Shown here: positions 30,510 to 40,359 of the stretch, piece after piece
Position numbering within the stretch: the first letter of the stretch is position 1
How the letters are laid out: each line of letters opens with the position of its first letter
DNA from: Alphaproteobacteria bacterium
GTDB lineage: Bacteria; Pseudomonadota; Alphaproteobacteria; SP197
Direction: 5' to 3'
DNA length: 64,000 nucleotides
Assembly: GCA_965228895.1 (NCBI GenBank)
Contig: OZ245842.1
Coordinates: 1,088,001-1,152,000, forward strand
Made by a program: the position numbers and the translations under genes
Notes under the pieces: model-generated
The model's database searches: none
What the model saw: the letters and a program-made list of their open reading frames with translations, nothing else
What the model was told of the DNA's origin: nothing

Positions 30510-30874
30510 GCAGTAGTATAACTTTTCCTTACAGGCCCTGTCGAACAAAGCCGTTTGCGGACGTGACGGCCACTTCTCAGATTGCCCTTACACACTCTTA
30601 CACAAGGGCACGACATCCCATGAATCAGCTAGGCCCGTGGGCAGTTTTACAAGCGATCGATCTGTTGTTGGGAAAAAGCAGCCAAGATACGCCGGACGAG
30701 GCGTTCGCGTGGGGCAGGCCGCAGAGGTTCTCCGTTGGCCGCATTGTTGAGGATCAGCAGCGCAGCCTTCGTGGCCATCATGACGTGATCACCGTCGGGC
30801 GTACGCCTTCACGAAAAGGCATGCCTGAAACCAACCAATGCACCTGAGCGACCGGCCGACTTACTCACGCTTGC

Positions 30875-32125
30875 TCAAGGATGCTGGTTGGCGGCCCGTG
30901 TCATCATGGCGTGCAGCAGAACATCGCACCCGGCGGCGAGATCCTCCGGCGTCGCGCTTTCCGCTTCGTTGTGGCTGAGACCGCCCGCGCAGGGCACGAA
31001 GACCATCGATGTCGGCACTTTGCGCGCGACCATGCAGGCATCGTGGCCCGCGCCGGACACCATGTCGCGATGATCAAACCGCAGATCCGTCGCCGCCCGG
31101 CGCACGGCATCGACACAGGCGAAATCAAAAACCACCGGCGGGTTGTGCCAGATCTCCTCGATCGAGATATCGACACCGCGCTTGTCGGCGATGGCCGCAA
31201 GGTCCTGTCGAAGTAATTCACCCATGGTCTGCAGCACGTCGTCATCGGGATGGCGCAGGTCGATGGTGAAGTCGATCTGGCCCGGAATGGTGTTGCGTGA
31301 GTTGGGCGCGACCGCCAACGATCCAACGGTCGCGACGGCGTCGGGCGGGTTGTTATGCGCCATCGCTTCGACCGCGGCGATCATCGGCGCGGTTGCGGCC
31401 AGCGCGTCCCGGCGACCTTCCATCGGGGTTGAGCCTGAATGGGCATCTTGGCCGGTAACGCGAACATCGAACCATCGCTGGCCCTGGCCGCCGACCACGA
31501 CACCGATCGTCTGGCCTTCGCGCTCCAGGATCGGACCCTGCTCAATATGGACTTCGAAGAGGGCGCCGAGCGGGTGCTTGCCGCACGGTTCCTCACCGGC
31601 ATAGCCGATGCGTTTGAGTTCGCCACCCAAGGTCTTGCCGTTGCCGTCCTCGCGCGACCACGCATGGTCAATGTCGAAGAGGCCGGCATAGACGCCCGAC
31701 GAAATCATCGCGGGGGCAAAGCGTGAGCCCTCTTCGTTGGTCCACACGACGATCTCAACTGGCGCATCAGTTTCGATGCCATGGTCATTCAGCGTGCGCA
31801 CCGCCTCTAGCCCGGCGAGTACGCCATAGACTCCATCGAACTTGCCGCCATGGGGTTGGGTGTCGAGGTGGCTGCCTGTCGCGATCGGTGGCAGGTCGTC
31901 GCAGCGTCCCGGGCGTCGGGCGAAGATGTTGCCCATGTTGTCCAGCGAGATGGTGCAGCCGGCGTCCTTGCACCACGCGACGAATAGATCGCGCCCGGCC
32001 TTGTCCTCATCGGTCAGCGCCAGGCGGCAGCAGCCGCCTCCAGGCAGGGCGCCGATGGTTGCCATCTGCATCAGGCTATCCCACAGGCGATCGCCGTTGA
32101 TGTGGAGATGTTGACCGGTTGTCAT
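30875..32125 (-). CDS. Zn-dependent N-carbamoyl-amino-acid amidohydrolase (M20, beta-ureidopropionase/allantoate amidohydrolase family)
   Basis: GSHLDTQPHGGKFDG, WTNEEGSRF, EVHIEQGP, SGAGHDA, SHNEAE. Confidence 0.92.
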   Translation of the reverse strand: MTTGQHLHINGDRLWDSLMQMATIGALPGGGCCRLALTDEDKAGRDLFVAWCKDAGCTISLDNMGNIFARRPGRCDDLPPIATGSHLDTQPHGGKFDGVYGVLAGLEAVRTLNDHGIETDAPVEIVVWTNEEGSRFAPAMISSGVYAGLFDIDHAWSREDGNGKTLGGELKRIGYAGEEPCGKHPLGALFEVHIEQGPILEREGQTIGVVVGGQGQRWFDVRVTGQDAHSGSTPMEGRRDALAATAPMIAAVEAMAHNNPPDAVATVGSLAVAPNSRNTIPGQIDFTIDLRHPDDDVLQTMGELLRQDLAAIADKRGVDISIEEIWHNPPVVFDFACVDAVRRAATDLRFDHRDMVSGAGHDACMVARKVPTSMVFVPCAGGLSHNEAESATPEDLAAGCDVLLHAMMTRAANQHP

Positions 32126-32149
32126 CTTGACTGTCGTCGCGATACCAAT

Positions 32150-33043
32150 CTAAACGGGGTCGCGGCGCAGGGCTTGGGACAAGCAGTGCACACCGCCGCC
32201 ACCCAACGTGAACATGGACATGTCGGGCTCGAAGACCTCGAAGCCCAATTCACGCATCCGGTTGTTGAGTTTGGTCGCGCCCTTCATCGACAGGACCTTG
32301 CCGTTGCCCAGCGCGACGAGATTCACGCCAAGGTTCTTCGCCTCTGCGTAGTCGACATCGACAAAGTCGAAGTCGCGCGCCCTCAGCCAATCGACAACCC
32401 AGCCTTCCAGGGCATCGAGACAGGCGACAAGAAGTTTGGGCGCCAGCGGCACGACCAACCCGTCCATATGGACGAACTCGCGCGAGATCGGCGCGACCTC
32501 GACATCCCATCCCTTGTTGCGCACCCAACCGGCGACCTGTTCGGAGCCCGCCTGCTCGGAACGCTCGCCGCAATAGCCGATCAGCGCAGTACCGGGCTCC
32601 AGGATGACGAAGTCACCGCCTTCGAAATGCCCGGCGGTGACGAAGTTCCAGATCGGAATGTTGTTCTCCTGATAGAACTTGATGACGCTGACGTAGTCGG
32701 CGCGCCGGCACTTGAGCTGCATATGGCAGATGATTGCGCCCCAGGGTGTCATGGCACTGGAGTCACGGGCAAAGAAGTTGCGGTGCAGCGTCTCGTCGGC
32801 GTCCAGGTAGTGGCAGCGCACGCCCGCGTCCTCATAGACGCGCACCATCTCGGAATGTTGCGCCATGGCCAACTGCCGATCGAACGCGACACCGGTCTTG
32901 TGCGCGTTGGCAAGCGTGCGCCCAATCAGCGGCCCGGCCTCGACCCACCGGTAGAACTCCGGTTTGCCCAGCAGAACGTCCCTTAGGGGACCGTAGTCGT
33001 TGTCGATGCCCCAGCCACCGTTCGATGCCGCATGCTCTGTCAC
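32150..33043 (-). CDS. Amidinotransferase/deiminase (DDAH/arginine deiminase superfamily)
   Basis: FARDS, FEGGD, HMD, GGGVHCLS catalytic Cys; GTG start with GGAG RBS. Confidence 0.88.
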   Translation of the reverse strand: MTEHAASNGGWGIDNDYGPLRDVLLGKPEFYRWVEAGPLIGRTLANAHKTGVAFDRQLAMAQHSEMVRVYEDAGVRCHYLDADETLHRNFFARDSSAMTPWGAIICHMQLKCRRADYVSVIKFYQENNIPIWNFVTAGHFEGGDFVILEPGTALIGYCGERSEQAGSEQVAGWVRNKGWDVEVAPISREFVHMDGLVVPLAPKLLVACLDALEGWVVDWLRARDFDFVDVDYAEAKNLGVNLVALGNGKVLSMKGATKLNNRMRELGFEVFEPDMSMFTLGGGGVHCLSQALRRDPV

Positions 33044-33127
33044 AGCTTTCTCCGTTTCTGGTCTGCCAATCACCACTTGCATAGCGCCGAAGAAAGGTAG
33101 AGAAAATATCAATGAAAGTAAGTTTAG

Positions 33128-34075
33128 ATGAGTAAAACCTCACGTAATGACGCGACGTCCGGCCTTGTGCTCGCCAGGCTGGCCAAGACCGATCTGCATT
33201 TGCTCTCGGTTTTTATGACGGTGGTCGAGGCCGGCGGGTTTTCGGCCGCGCAGGTCGCCCTGAACGTGGGCCAGTCGACGATCAGCCGGCACATGGCTGA
33301 TCTGGAGGCGCGCCTTGGCATGCGTTTGTGTCAACGCGGCAGGGTCGGCTTTCGGCTGACCGACGAAGGACACATGGTCCACGGCGCGTGCCAGAAGATG
33401 TTCGGTGCGCTCGAGGAGTTTCGCACCGAGGTCGGCGCGATCAGTGGTCAGCTGGTCGGCGAACTCTCCGTCGCCGTCATCGACAACTGGGTAAGCGACA
33501 GTCGTTCGCCGTTGACCGCGGCGCTGCAGGACATCAAATCACGCGGGCCCGATCTGCACATCAACATCCATGTGTTGGCGCCCGACGAGATTGAGCTGGC
33601 CGTCCTGGACGGTCGTGTTGCTTTGGGCGTCGGTGTCTTTCACCATCACTGTCCCGGTCTGGCCTATGACGCGCTCTATGATGATCCGCTGGAGCTTTAT
33701 TGCGGGCGAGATCATCCTCTTTTCGAGAAAGCGACTAAGCGCGTGCGGCCTAGGGACCAGGAAGCCATCGACTATGTGCGCCGCGGCTATCTCGCCGAGG
33801 ACAAGATTTCACCTTTGACGGCATCGTTTCGTTCGACCGCGACGGCGCATCAGGCCGAGGGTGTTGCCTCGATGATCCTGACCGGTCTCTATGTTGGTTA
33901 CCTGCCTGTTTCGTTTGCATCGCGATGGGTCGACGATGGTTTGATGCGCAGTCTCATGCCATCGCAATTCCGCATGAACACGACAATCGAGATCGTGTCG
34001 CGCCGGTCGGCCGCCCTATCCCTTGTCGCCACGACGTTTGTCGATTCACTGAAGTCTAACGCCGCGCGCGACTAG
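33128..34075 (+). CDS. LysR-family regulator
   Basis: DLHLLSVFMTVVEAGGFSAAQVALNVGQSTIS. Confidence 0.92.
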   Translation: MSKTSRNDATSGLVLARLAKTDLHLLSVFMTVVEAGGFSAAQVALNVGQSTISRHMADLEARLGMRLCQRGRVGFRLTDEGHMVHGACQKMFGALEEFRTEVGAISGQLVGELSVAVIDNWVSDSRSPLTAALQDIKSRGPDLHINIHVLAPDEIELAVLDGRVALGVGVFHHHCPGLAYDALYDDPLELYCGRDHPLFEKATKRVRPRDQEAIDYVRRGYLAEDKISPLTASFRSTATAHQAEGVASMILTGLYVGYLPVSFASRWVDDGLMRSLMPSQFRMNTTIEIVSRRSAALSLVATTFVDSLKSNAARD

Positions 34076-34989
34076 ATCGCCGCCGCCTGATCGAAGAATG
34101 CCAGGCACTGACGTGCTACCGGTCGGTCGCGGCCACGGCGTGTCAGAAGGGCATAGAAGGGCCGGTTGAAGGCAACGGGCTCGTCGACGACCGGTACCAG
34201 AGTGCCGGCGTCGATATAGCGGTCGACCATGCCGAGCCAGCCCAATGCCAGACCGCGTCCGGCCGCGGCGGCTTCCAGTAGATAGACGTAGTTCTCAAAT
34301 CCGATATAGCGCGGCGGCGTTCGTGGCGTACCGTTCCGTTCGAACCACTCATCCCAGGTCGACCAGCCACGGTTGAGTTTTGTGAGGTCGAGCAGGGGAA
34401 GGGGCCCCCACCCGGCAGGTCCGCCGTCGAGCGTGTCGCGATGGGCCTTGGCAAAACCCGGCGAGCAGACGGGCGTCACAACCTCCCGGGCGGCGATGAC
34501 GTGATCGTCGTGCTCAACGCCGGACGCCTGGTAACCGAAGATTAGGTCGACCTGGGGATCGCGCATGACCTCCAACGTGTCGTAGTCGAAGGTCATGACG
34601 CGGATCGACGTCGCTTCGCCAACAGCGGTCTGCAAAGCTTCAAAACGGGGCAGCACAAACAGATGGGAGATCTCGTGGGTACAGGCCAGGGTCAACTGGT
34701 CGGCGCCTGATGTCTGCGCGATGGTCGCGGCGGCTGCTTGAATGCTCTCCAGGCCCGCAACGACGGCGCGATAGAACTGCTCGCCCTCGGCAGTCAACCG
34801 CAGGCGTTTTTTGTGGCGATCAAACAGGCGGGCTTTGAGCCGATCCTCGAGCCCAGAGATATGCCGGCTGATCGCCGATTGGGAGGTGTTCAGTTCCTCG
34901 GCCGCACGGCTGAAGTTGCAATGACGCGCGGCGCACTCAAAGGCCAGCAGCGCACTCGTCGAGGGGATCCATGGGCGATGCGCTATCAT
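34072..34989 (-). CDS. LysR-family regulator (GcvA-like)
   Basis: ALLAFECAARHCNFSRAAEELNTSQSAISRHI. Confidence 0.92.
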   Translation of the reverse strand: MIAHRPWIPSTSALLAFECAARHCNFSRAAEELNTSQSAISRHISGLEDRLKARLFDRHKKRLRLTAEGEQFYRAVVAGLESIQAAAATIAQTSGADQLTLACTHEISHLFVLPRFEALQTAVGEATSIRVMTFDYDTLEVMRDPQVDLIFGYQASGVEHDDHVIAAREVVTPVCSPGFAKAHRDTLDGGPAGWGPLPLLDLTKLNRGWSTWDEWFERNGTPRTPPRYIGFENYVYLLEAAAAGRGLALGWLGMVDRYIDAGTLVPVVDEPVAFNRPFYALLTRRGRDRPVARQCLAFFDQAAAI

Positions 34990-35108
34990 ATCAATTTTGA
35001 TATCAACTGCTTGTCAAAATAGCAATCAACATCTGCCCGCGGTTTGACTAGACTGCATAGCCGTTGGGACACCCGTTTGCCGGCCGCTAGCCCGGCGAGG
35101 AGACAGAG

Positions 35109-36623
35109 ATGGTCCGTCTGGTTTCATTTGATGACAAAGTCGAGGAGCGGGTCCGGTTCATCGAGGACACGCCGCGCAGCGAGATCGTCGAACGAACCGT
35201 CGCGCGCCTCGCGGCAGGCGAGGACCCGCTTGCTTTCGTGACGGCCGCCGCGCTCGCCGTCTCCCGTTCGAGCGAGCTGCCGGCTGACCACCATGGCGGT
35301 CCGGTCCATCCGATCGCCGGCATTCACGCGGTATGCGGCATGCATGACCGGCTTGAAGGCAGCGACCGCTTGTTGCCGGTGTTGCAGTGTGTCGCGCTCG
35401 CCAACAAACATGTGCATCTGCCGTCCATGGGTCCGGCTGCCATGGTCGCTTTTGACGATCTCAACCGGGATGTCGACTCCGACCGCGTCCTAGCGCGTCT
35501 TGAGAAGGCGTTGTTCGATCACGAACCGCGCCTGGCCGAGCGGGCGGTGACGCTGGCGTGTGAAAAGGCGGCGCCGGGCCAGATCATCGAAAGCATGCTG
35601 ACCCAATCGATCAAGCGGAACACGCTGGACGACCACTACTTCCTCTATTCCAGCTATGCCTGTCGTGCGCTCGATGCGATCGGTTGGCAGTACGGTCCGA
35701 TCCTGCTGCGCCCTGCCGTGCGTTACCTGGCGCGCCATCATTCGTTCTCGGCGTTCGGCGAGTTCACCCAAGATTCGATTGATGAAGGCATCGCGCTCTA
35801 TCACCGCTTTCCCGAACTGGAGGCGATGATCGACACCTACGATCTGACCGAGGATCGTATCGCGTTGACGACGGGACCCGGCGAATCCGAGTCCATCGCC
35901 GCACTGGCCGACGCGATCGGTGCGGTCGACGAGATCAAGTCGTTGCCGGAGACGATTGCCCGCGCAATGGGCGCCGGTCTGTCGCTGGAGGGCACGCTGG
36001 AAGCGATGTCGGTTGGCGGCGCGCGGGTCTTTTTGCGTTCCCATACCAACAACCCGTTCGATGTCCACATCCACACGGGAACGTCGATCCGGCGTTATCT
36101 GCTCGGTTTCCCGGAGATCAGCTTCCGCCACAAGGTGCTGGCGCTTCTCGGCTGGCCGTGGACCTATGAGATCCGCTATCTCGATGAGACGCTGTCCTGG
36201 TCCTGGCAGAGCGATGCCGGCGAACTGAGCACGAAATCCGAACACGCACTGCTGGCGGAGATCGAGGAGAGTATCCTGTCGATCGATGGCTATGACGTGA
36301 CGAAACTGGAGGTCGGTATCAACGAGTTGGTGGCGCCCGATGAGGTCCGCCATGCCGGACGGTTGGCCGAGAGCTACATCAAGGCAGGCTACGACGCCGA
36401 CACGCTGTTTCGACTGACATCGCGCCTGGTGTGCCGGGAAGACGCCAGCGAGATGCACGGCTACAAGCTACAGCAGGCGGCTTACGAACAGTTTTACGCG
36501 TGTCGTGAACCGTTGCGCTGGGTCCATGCGGTAGCCGCGGTCAAACAGGCCGCTGTCAACGCGCCGACCAAGCCGCACCAGTTCTACCCAAGGATTGCCG
36601 CGGAGCTGAAACTGGCGGCCTGA
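35109..36623 (+). CDS. Hypothetical all-helical protein with spaced His motifs
   Basis: 504-aa ORF with RBS and genome-like codon usage, divergent from LysR; family not recognised. Confidence 0.75.
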   Translation: MVRLVSFDDKVEERVRFIEDTPRSEIVERTVARLAAGEDPLAFVTAAALAVSRSSELPADHHGGPVHPIAGIHAVCGMHDRLEGSDRLLPVLQCVALANKHVHLPSMGPAAMVAFDDLNRDVDSDRVLARLEKALFDHEPRLAERAVTLACEKAAPGQIIESMLTQSIKRNTLDDHYFLYSSYACRALDAIGWQYGPILLRPAVRYLARHHSFSAFGEFTQDSIDEGIALYHRFPELEAMIDTYDLTEDRIALTTGPGESESIAALADAIGAVDEIKSLPETIARAMGAGLSLEGTLEAMSVGGARVFLRSHTNNPFDVHIHTGTSIRRYLLGFPEISFRHKVLALLGWPWTYEIRYLDETLSWSWQSDAGELSTKSEHALLAEIEESILSIDGYDVTKLEVGINELVAPDEVRHAGRLAESYIKAGYDADTLFRLTSRLVCREDASEMHGYKLQQAAYEQFYACREPLRWVHAVAAVKQAAVNAPTKPHQFYPRIAAELKLAA

Positions 36624-36722
36624 TCGGCCCGTGTATGTAACGGATCATGGTTCGTCGGTAGGTGGCTGAGCCGGCCGCTGCAGATCGGTAGGGCGTCAGG
36701 ACCGGCCAGATCGATCGCGATC

Positions 36723-36830
36723 TCAAATGCAAAAGTTGTGGATCGTCGCGACGATTCGATCTGTCGCCGTCGAGTAGACGATGGTGGCGATCGCCGCGCC
36801 AACCGCTATGCCGATGAAGAACTGCCGCAT
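36723..36830 (-). CDS. Putative 35-aa single-TM small protein
   Basis: MRQFFIGIAVGAAIATIVYSTATDRIVATIHNFCI. Confidence 0.35.
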   Translation of the reverse strand: MRQFFIGIAVGAAIATIVYSTATDRIVATIHNFCI

Positions 36831-37017
36831 CGTAGCCCCCGGCCGAGTGAAACCTGTCAATTGCATCTTATGACCGATGTTCCTTTGAATGTCTTGAACT
36901 TCACCCATGCGATTCAAATGCCGCCATCGGATGGGCATGGGGACCGTCGCGCGCTAGAGTGATGCCCGGGCGCCGTTGGGGGACATGCGGCACAAAACGC
37001 ATCGGGGCGAAGGGGCC

Positions 37018-39375
37018 ATGACAAGTTTCAATGAATTCTGGCGGCGTGTCGGCGCGCTGCTCTTTTTGGTTGCGGTTATGGCCGTTGTTACGCCTTCGAT
37101 TGCGGTCGCGCAGACATCCGATGACGGGGTCAGTGCCGAGGATGTAAGCAACCTGCCTGAGCACCTGACGCGTGCCGACGTGCGCGACCTCATGTCGCGG
37201 CTGTCGGATGACCAGGTTCGCGATCTGCTGATCCAGCAACTCGATAAGGTGGCGGATGACGAGGCTGCGGCCACGGTCGATGCCAATGCCGTCGACAGTT
37301 TCGAGAAGGGCCTTGGCCGCCTTCGCGACGGTTCTGTCGCCATGGTTGATGCCTTGCCGCGCGTCCCCACAATCTTCGGTTTCGCGATCGACCACATGAC
37401 CGCCGGCAAGGGGCCGTCCCACGTCTGGCTGGTCCTGCTGTTCCTCGCCATCATTCTGGCGGCCGGTGCGATCGGCGAATGGTTGTTTCGCCGGCTGTTC
37501 ACCAGGCTCGGCCAGTTCGCGCACGCCGGCGCGGTCGAGACAGTGGTGCAGCGCTTGTGTGTCTTTTTACTTCGCGCCGTTATCGACCTTGTGGCGATCG
37601 CGGTCTTCGGCATCGTCGCCGTCATCGTCTTTTTCATCTTCTACCAGAACCACGAGCCGACGCGCGAAGCGATGGCGGCGGTCTTCTGGGCGGTCATCGT
37701 TGTGCGTGCGATTAATGCCGTCGCGCGAGACTTTTTCTGTCCCGGCCAGCCGGCGATCCGTGCGTTGCCGCTGAGCGACACGGTTGCCACATGGGCTTAC
37801 CGGCGTCTGGTCTGGATCGCCGGCGTTATCGTTGCCGTCTGGTATTTTGGGACGCTCCTGGTCAGCTACGGCATCAACAACGATCCGGGTCTGTCGCACG
37901 CGACAGCGGCCGTCCTGACGCTCGCCGTGCTTGGCTGGGTCGTCGTGCTGGTCTGGATCGACCGGCGCACGGTGCGCGGGTTCATGTTGTCCCATGACGG
38001 TGTGGAGGATGCCGAGCCGAGCCAGGCGCGAGCGTTTCTGGCGTCCAACTGGCATGTGCTGGCGACCTGCTACATCCTCGGTCTGTGGCTGTTCACCATG
38101 GTCGAGCGGCTGATGACCGGTCAGCCACAGGGCGTGCCCGCCGTCATCAGTCTGGCCTTGCTGCCGATCGTTCCCATGATCGACTGGCTGCTGCGCGCCG
38201 GCATCAGGCGCATGTGCGAAGGCGCCGGAAAACCCGAACCCACAACGCCGGACGACGCCGAGATCGTCGAGACGCCGGACATGATCGATGCCGAGACCCC
38301 CGAAGGCATCACGGTCGAAACGATCGAACCACAGCCGCAACCGACTGTCGCCGCCGAGACGGCCGGGCAGGCGATCGAACCGGTTCTGATCCGCAACATG
38401 CGCATTGTTCTTGGCATCATGGCGATCATTTTTCTGGCCGACCTATGGGGTCTTGATCTTGAATCGTTCCTGGTCGCGGGCCTCGGTCAGCGGATTGCCG
38501 GCGCCTTCTTCGATATCGTCGTCACACTGATCCTGGCGTCGGCTATCTGGGGCATGGTGAAGGCGACAATCCGTCACTACGCGCCGGATGACGGCATTGA
38601 TGTGCAGCAGATGGTCGAAGGCGAGATCGGTGGCGCCGGTCAGTCGCGCATCCAGACCCTGCTGCCGCTGTTGCGCAAGTTCGCCCTGGTGACCCTGGGC
38701 GTCATCGTCACGCTCGTGATCCTGTCGTCGCTGGGTGTCAGCATCGGACCGTTGATCGCCGGTGCCGGCGTTGTCGGTCTGGCCATCGGCTTTGGTGCGC
38801 AGACGCTGGTGCGCGATATCCTCTCCGGCGCTTTCTTCTTGGCCGACGATGCGTTCCGCGTCGGCGAGTACATCGATGTCGGCGTCGCCAAGGGCATGGT
38901 CGAGAAGATATCGATCCGCTCGTTCCGTCTGCGCCATCATCGCGGCGCCATCAACACCATTCCGTTCGGCGAGATCCACTCCGTCATGAACTTCAGCCGC
39001 GACTGGGTGATGATGAAACTGGAAATGCGCGTTCCCTCCGACACCGATCTCGAAAAGCTGCGCAAGGTCGTCAAGAAAGTCGGCCAGCAAATCATGGACG
39101 ATCCGGAGCTCGGCGCCCATTTGCTACAGCCGGTTAAATCCCAGGGCGTGCATCGCATGGACGATGACGGTGCGTTTGTCATCCGGATCAAATTCATGGC
39201 CAAACCGGGTGAGCAGTTCGTGTTGCGCCGCGAAGTCTTTCGGCGTGTCCAGGAGGCGTTCGCCGAGAATGGCATCAAGTTCGCGCCCAAACGCGTCATG
39301 GTCGACACGCAGGGTCACGCCACCGATGCCGATGTAGCGGCAGCAGCCGTCGCCGCTGAGCCGCCGCGGGCATGA
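37018..39375 (+). CDS. Large MscS-family mechanosensitive channel
   Basis: Many TMs; GPLIAGAGVVGLAIGFGAQTLVRD, DAFRVGEYI, NFSRDW. Confidence 0.92.
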   Translation: MTSFNEFWRRVGALLFLVAVMAVVTPSIAVAQTSDDGVSAEDVSNLPEHLTRADVRDLMSRLSDDQVRDLLIQQLDKVADDEAAATVDANAVDSFEKGLGRLRDGSVAMVDALPRVPTIFGFAIDHMTAGKGPSHVWLVLLFLAIILAAGAIGEWLFRRLFTRLGQFAHAGAVETVVQRLCVFLLRAVIDLVAIAVFGIVAVIVFFIFYQNHEPTREAMAAVFWAVIVVRAINAVARDFFCPGQPAIRALPLSDTVATWAYRRLVWIAGVIVAVWYFGTLLVSYGINNDPGLSHATAAVLTLAVLGWVVVLVWIDRRTVRGFMLSHDGVEDAEPSQARAFLASNWHVLATCYILGLWLFTMVERLMTGQPQGVPAVISLALLPIVPMIDWLLRAGIRRMCEGAGKPEPTTPDDAEIVETPDMIDAETPEGITVETIEPQPQPTVAAETAGQAIEPVLIRNMRIVLGIMAIIFLADLWGLDLESFLVAGLGQRIAGAFFDIVVTLILASAIWGMVKATIRHYAPDDGIDVQQMVEGEIGGAGQSRIQTLLPLLRKFALVTLGVIVTLVILSSLGVSIGPLIAGAGVVGLAIGFGAQTLVRDILSGAFFLADDAFRVGEYIDVGVAKGMVEKISIRSFRLRHHRGAINTIPFGEIHSVMNFSRDWVMMKLEMRVPSDTDLEKLRKVVKKVGQQIMDDPELGAHLLQPVKSQGVHRMDDDGAFVIRIKFMAKPGEQFVLRREVFRRVQEAFAENGIKFAPKRVMVDTQGHATDADVAAAAVAAEPPRA

Positions 39376-39398
39376 GGCTTACGTCGCGGACGATAGGG

Positions 39399-39602
39399 TC
39401 AGGCGGCCCGCGGTGCGTTACGTGTCTGGGTGTCGGTTTCGCGGGCCAAGCGTTGGCGGGCGTCGTTGACGTAGGTCATCACGACCGTTTCGTCGATCCC
39501 GTCGCGCCGCATCACCTGTTGAATGATCGGATCGGCCAGAAGCTGGTCGATCGTCGGCTCGCCGCAAAGCATGAGGCGCTGACTGTCTGTCAACAATGGC
39601 AT
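39399..39602 (-). CDS. Small hypothetical protein
   Basis: EPTIDQLLADPIIQQVMRRDGID helical motif. Confidence 0.6.
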   Translation of the reverse strand: MPLLTDSQRLMLCGEPTIDQLLADPIIQQVMRRDGIDETVVMTYVNDARQRLARETDTQTRNAPRAA

Positions 39603-39794
39603 TCCCAATCCCCGGATGATGTCTCACCGTGTTTACCGATATAGGAGCGCCCGGTGACCTCTTTAGGGCAACACAACGACTTTTCCGTGAATATGACAGT
39701 CGTCACTCTAACGGTGATCAGGTCCTTGTGTTTGGCTCGCTAATGGCGTCATCTGGTGGTCTCAGATTAGCCCCATCAATCGAGCGCTGACGTC

Positions 39795-40241
39795 ATGGCC
39801 AACGCATTCGATCTCAACCTCATTCGTCGATGCCGGCGTGGTGTTGCCGGTCTTTCGATCGGGTTCGCCAGGGCGATCGCCGTATGCGTGGTTCTGCTGG
39901 GCTGGTCGGCGATCGACGGCCGCGCACTTGCCGATGGCTGGAACTCGATTGCTGGCGGTGATGCCACGCTAGGTCACAGACTCGTCGAAGAAAATTGCGC
40001 CAGGTGTCACGGTTCGGACCAGACAGGGCTGCTATCCGGCGGTACGACGCCGTCACAGCAGGATCTGGCTGAAATCGTGACCGATCGCCAGATTCTGGTT
40101 CGCGCCTTCTACTTCGATCGCCATCCCAGCATGCCCCGTTTTTTGTTCGGCGATTACGAGATGAACAACCTTCTCGCATACTTCGCCGAATTGCGGACCG
40201 GCAACGCCCAACAACCTTTCCCGCGTTCGTGGACCCGCTAG
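39795..40241 (+). CDS. Monoheme c-type cytochrome
   Basis: Signal-like N-terminus, CARCH heme motif, HPSMP distal Met, C-terminal NLLAYF helix. Confidence 0.8.
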   Translation: MANAFDLNLIRRCRRGVAGLSIGFARAIAVCVVLLGWSAIDGRALADGWNSIAGGDATLGHRLVEENCARCHGSDQTGLLSGGTTPSQQDLAEIVTDRQILVRAFYFDRHPSMPRFLFGDYEMNNLLAYFAELRTGNAQQPFPRSWTR

Positions 40242-40283
40242 CAGAAGCGCCGGGCGCCATGGCGACGGATTTGCACAGGCGAT

Positions 40284-40312
40284 TTGATGCGTGCTTGGCG
40301 GCAGGTTACCTT
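40284..40312 (+). promoter_or_regulatory. Promoter of repeat gene 1
   Basis: TTGATG-N10-GGCAGGT-TACCTT (17-nt spacer), 47 nt before ATG; same motif precedes gene 2. Confidence 0.65.
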
Positions 40313-40359
40313 GTGGTCGATGCCAGGGGATCAAACGCAGCCTTTCCAGGAGATTGATC

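Noticed and set aside
30455-30847. ORFs in the gap between LysR and the carbamoylase
   Set aside because: No recognisable motif or clear RBS on either strand
27881-36700. Active integrative element at tRNA-Arg
   Set aside because: No integrase, transposase or att repeat seen in the window
40260-40275. Sigma54-like TGGC-N7-TTGCA upstream of precursor A
   Set aside because: Spacing fits but positions 5-7 deviate, and it is not repeated before precursor B; the shared sigma70-like motif explains both genes better
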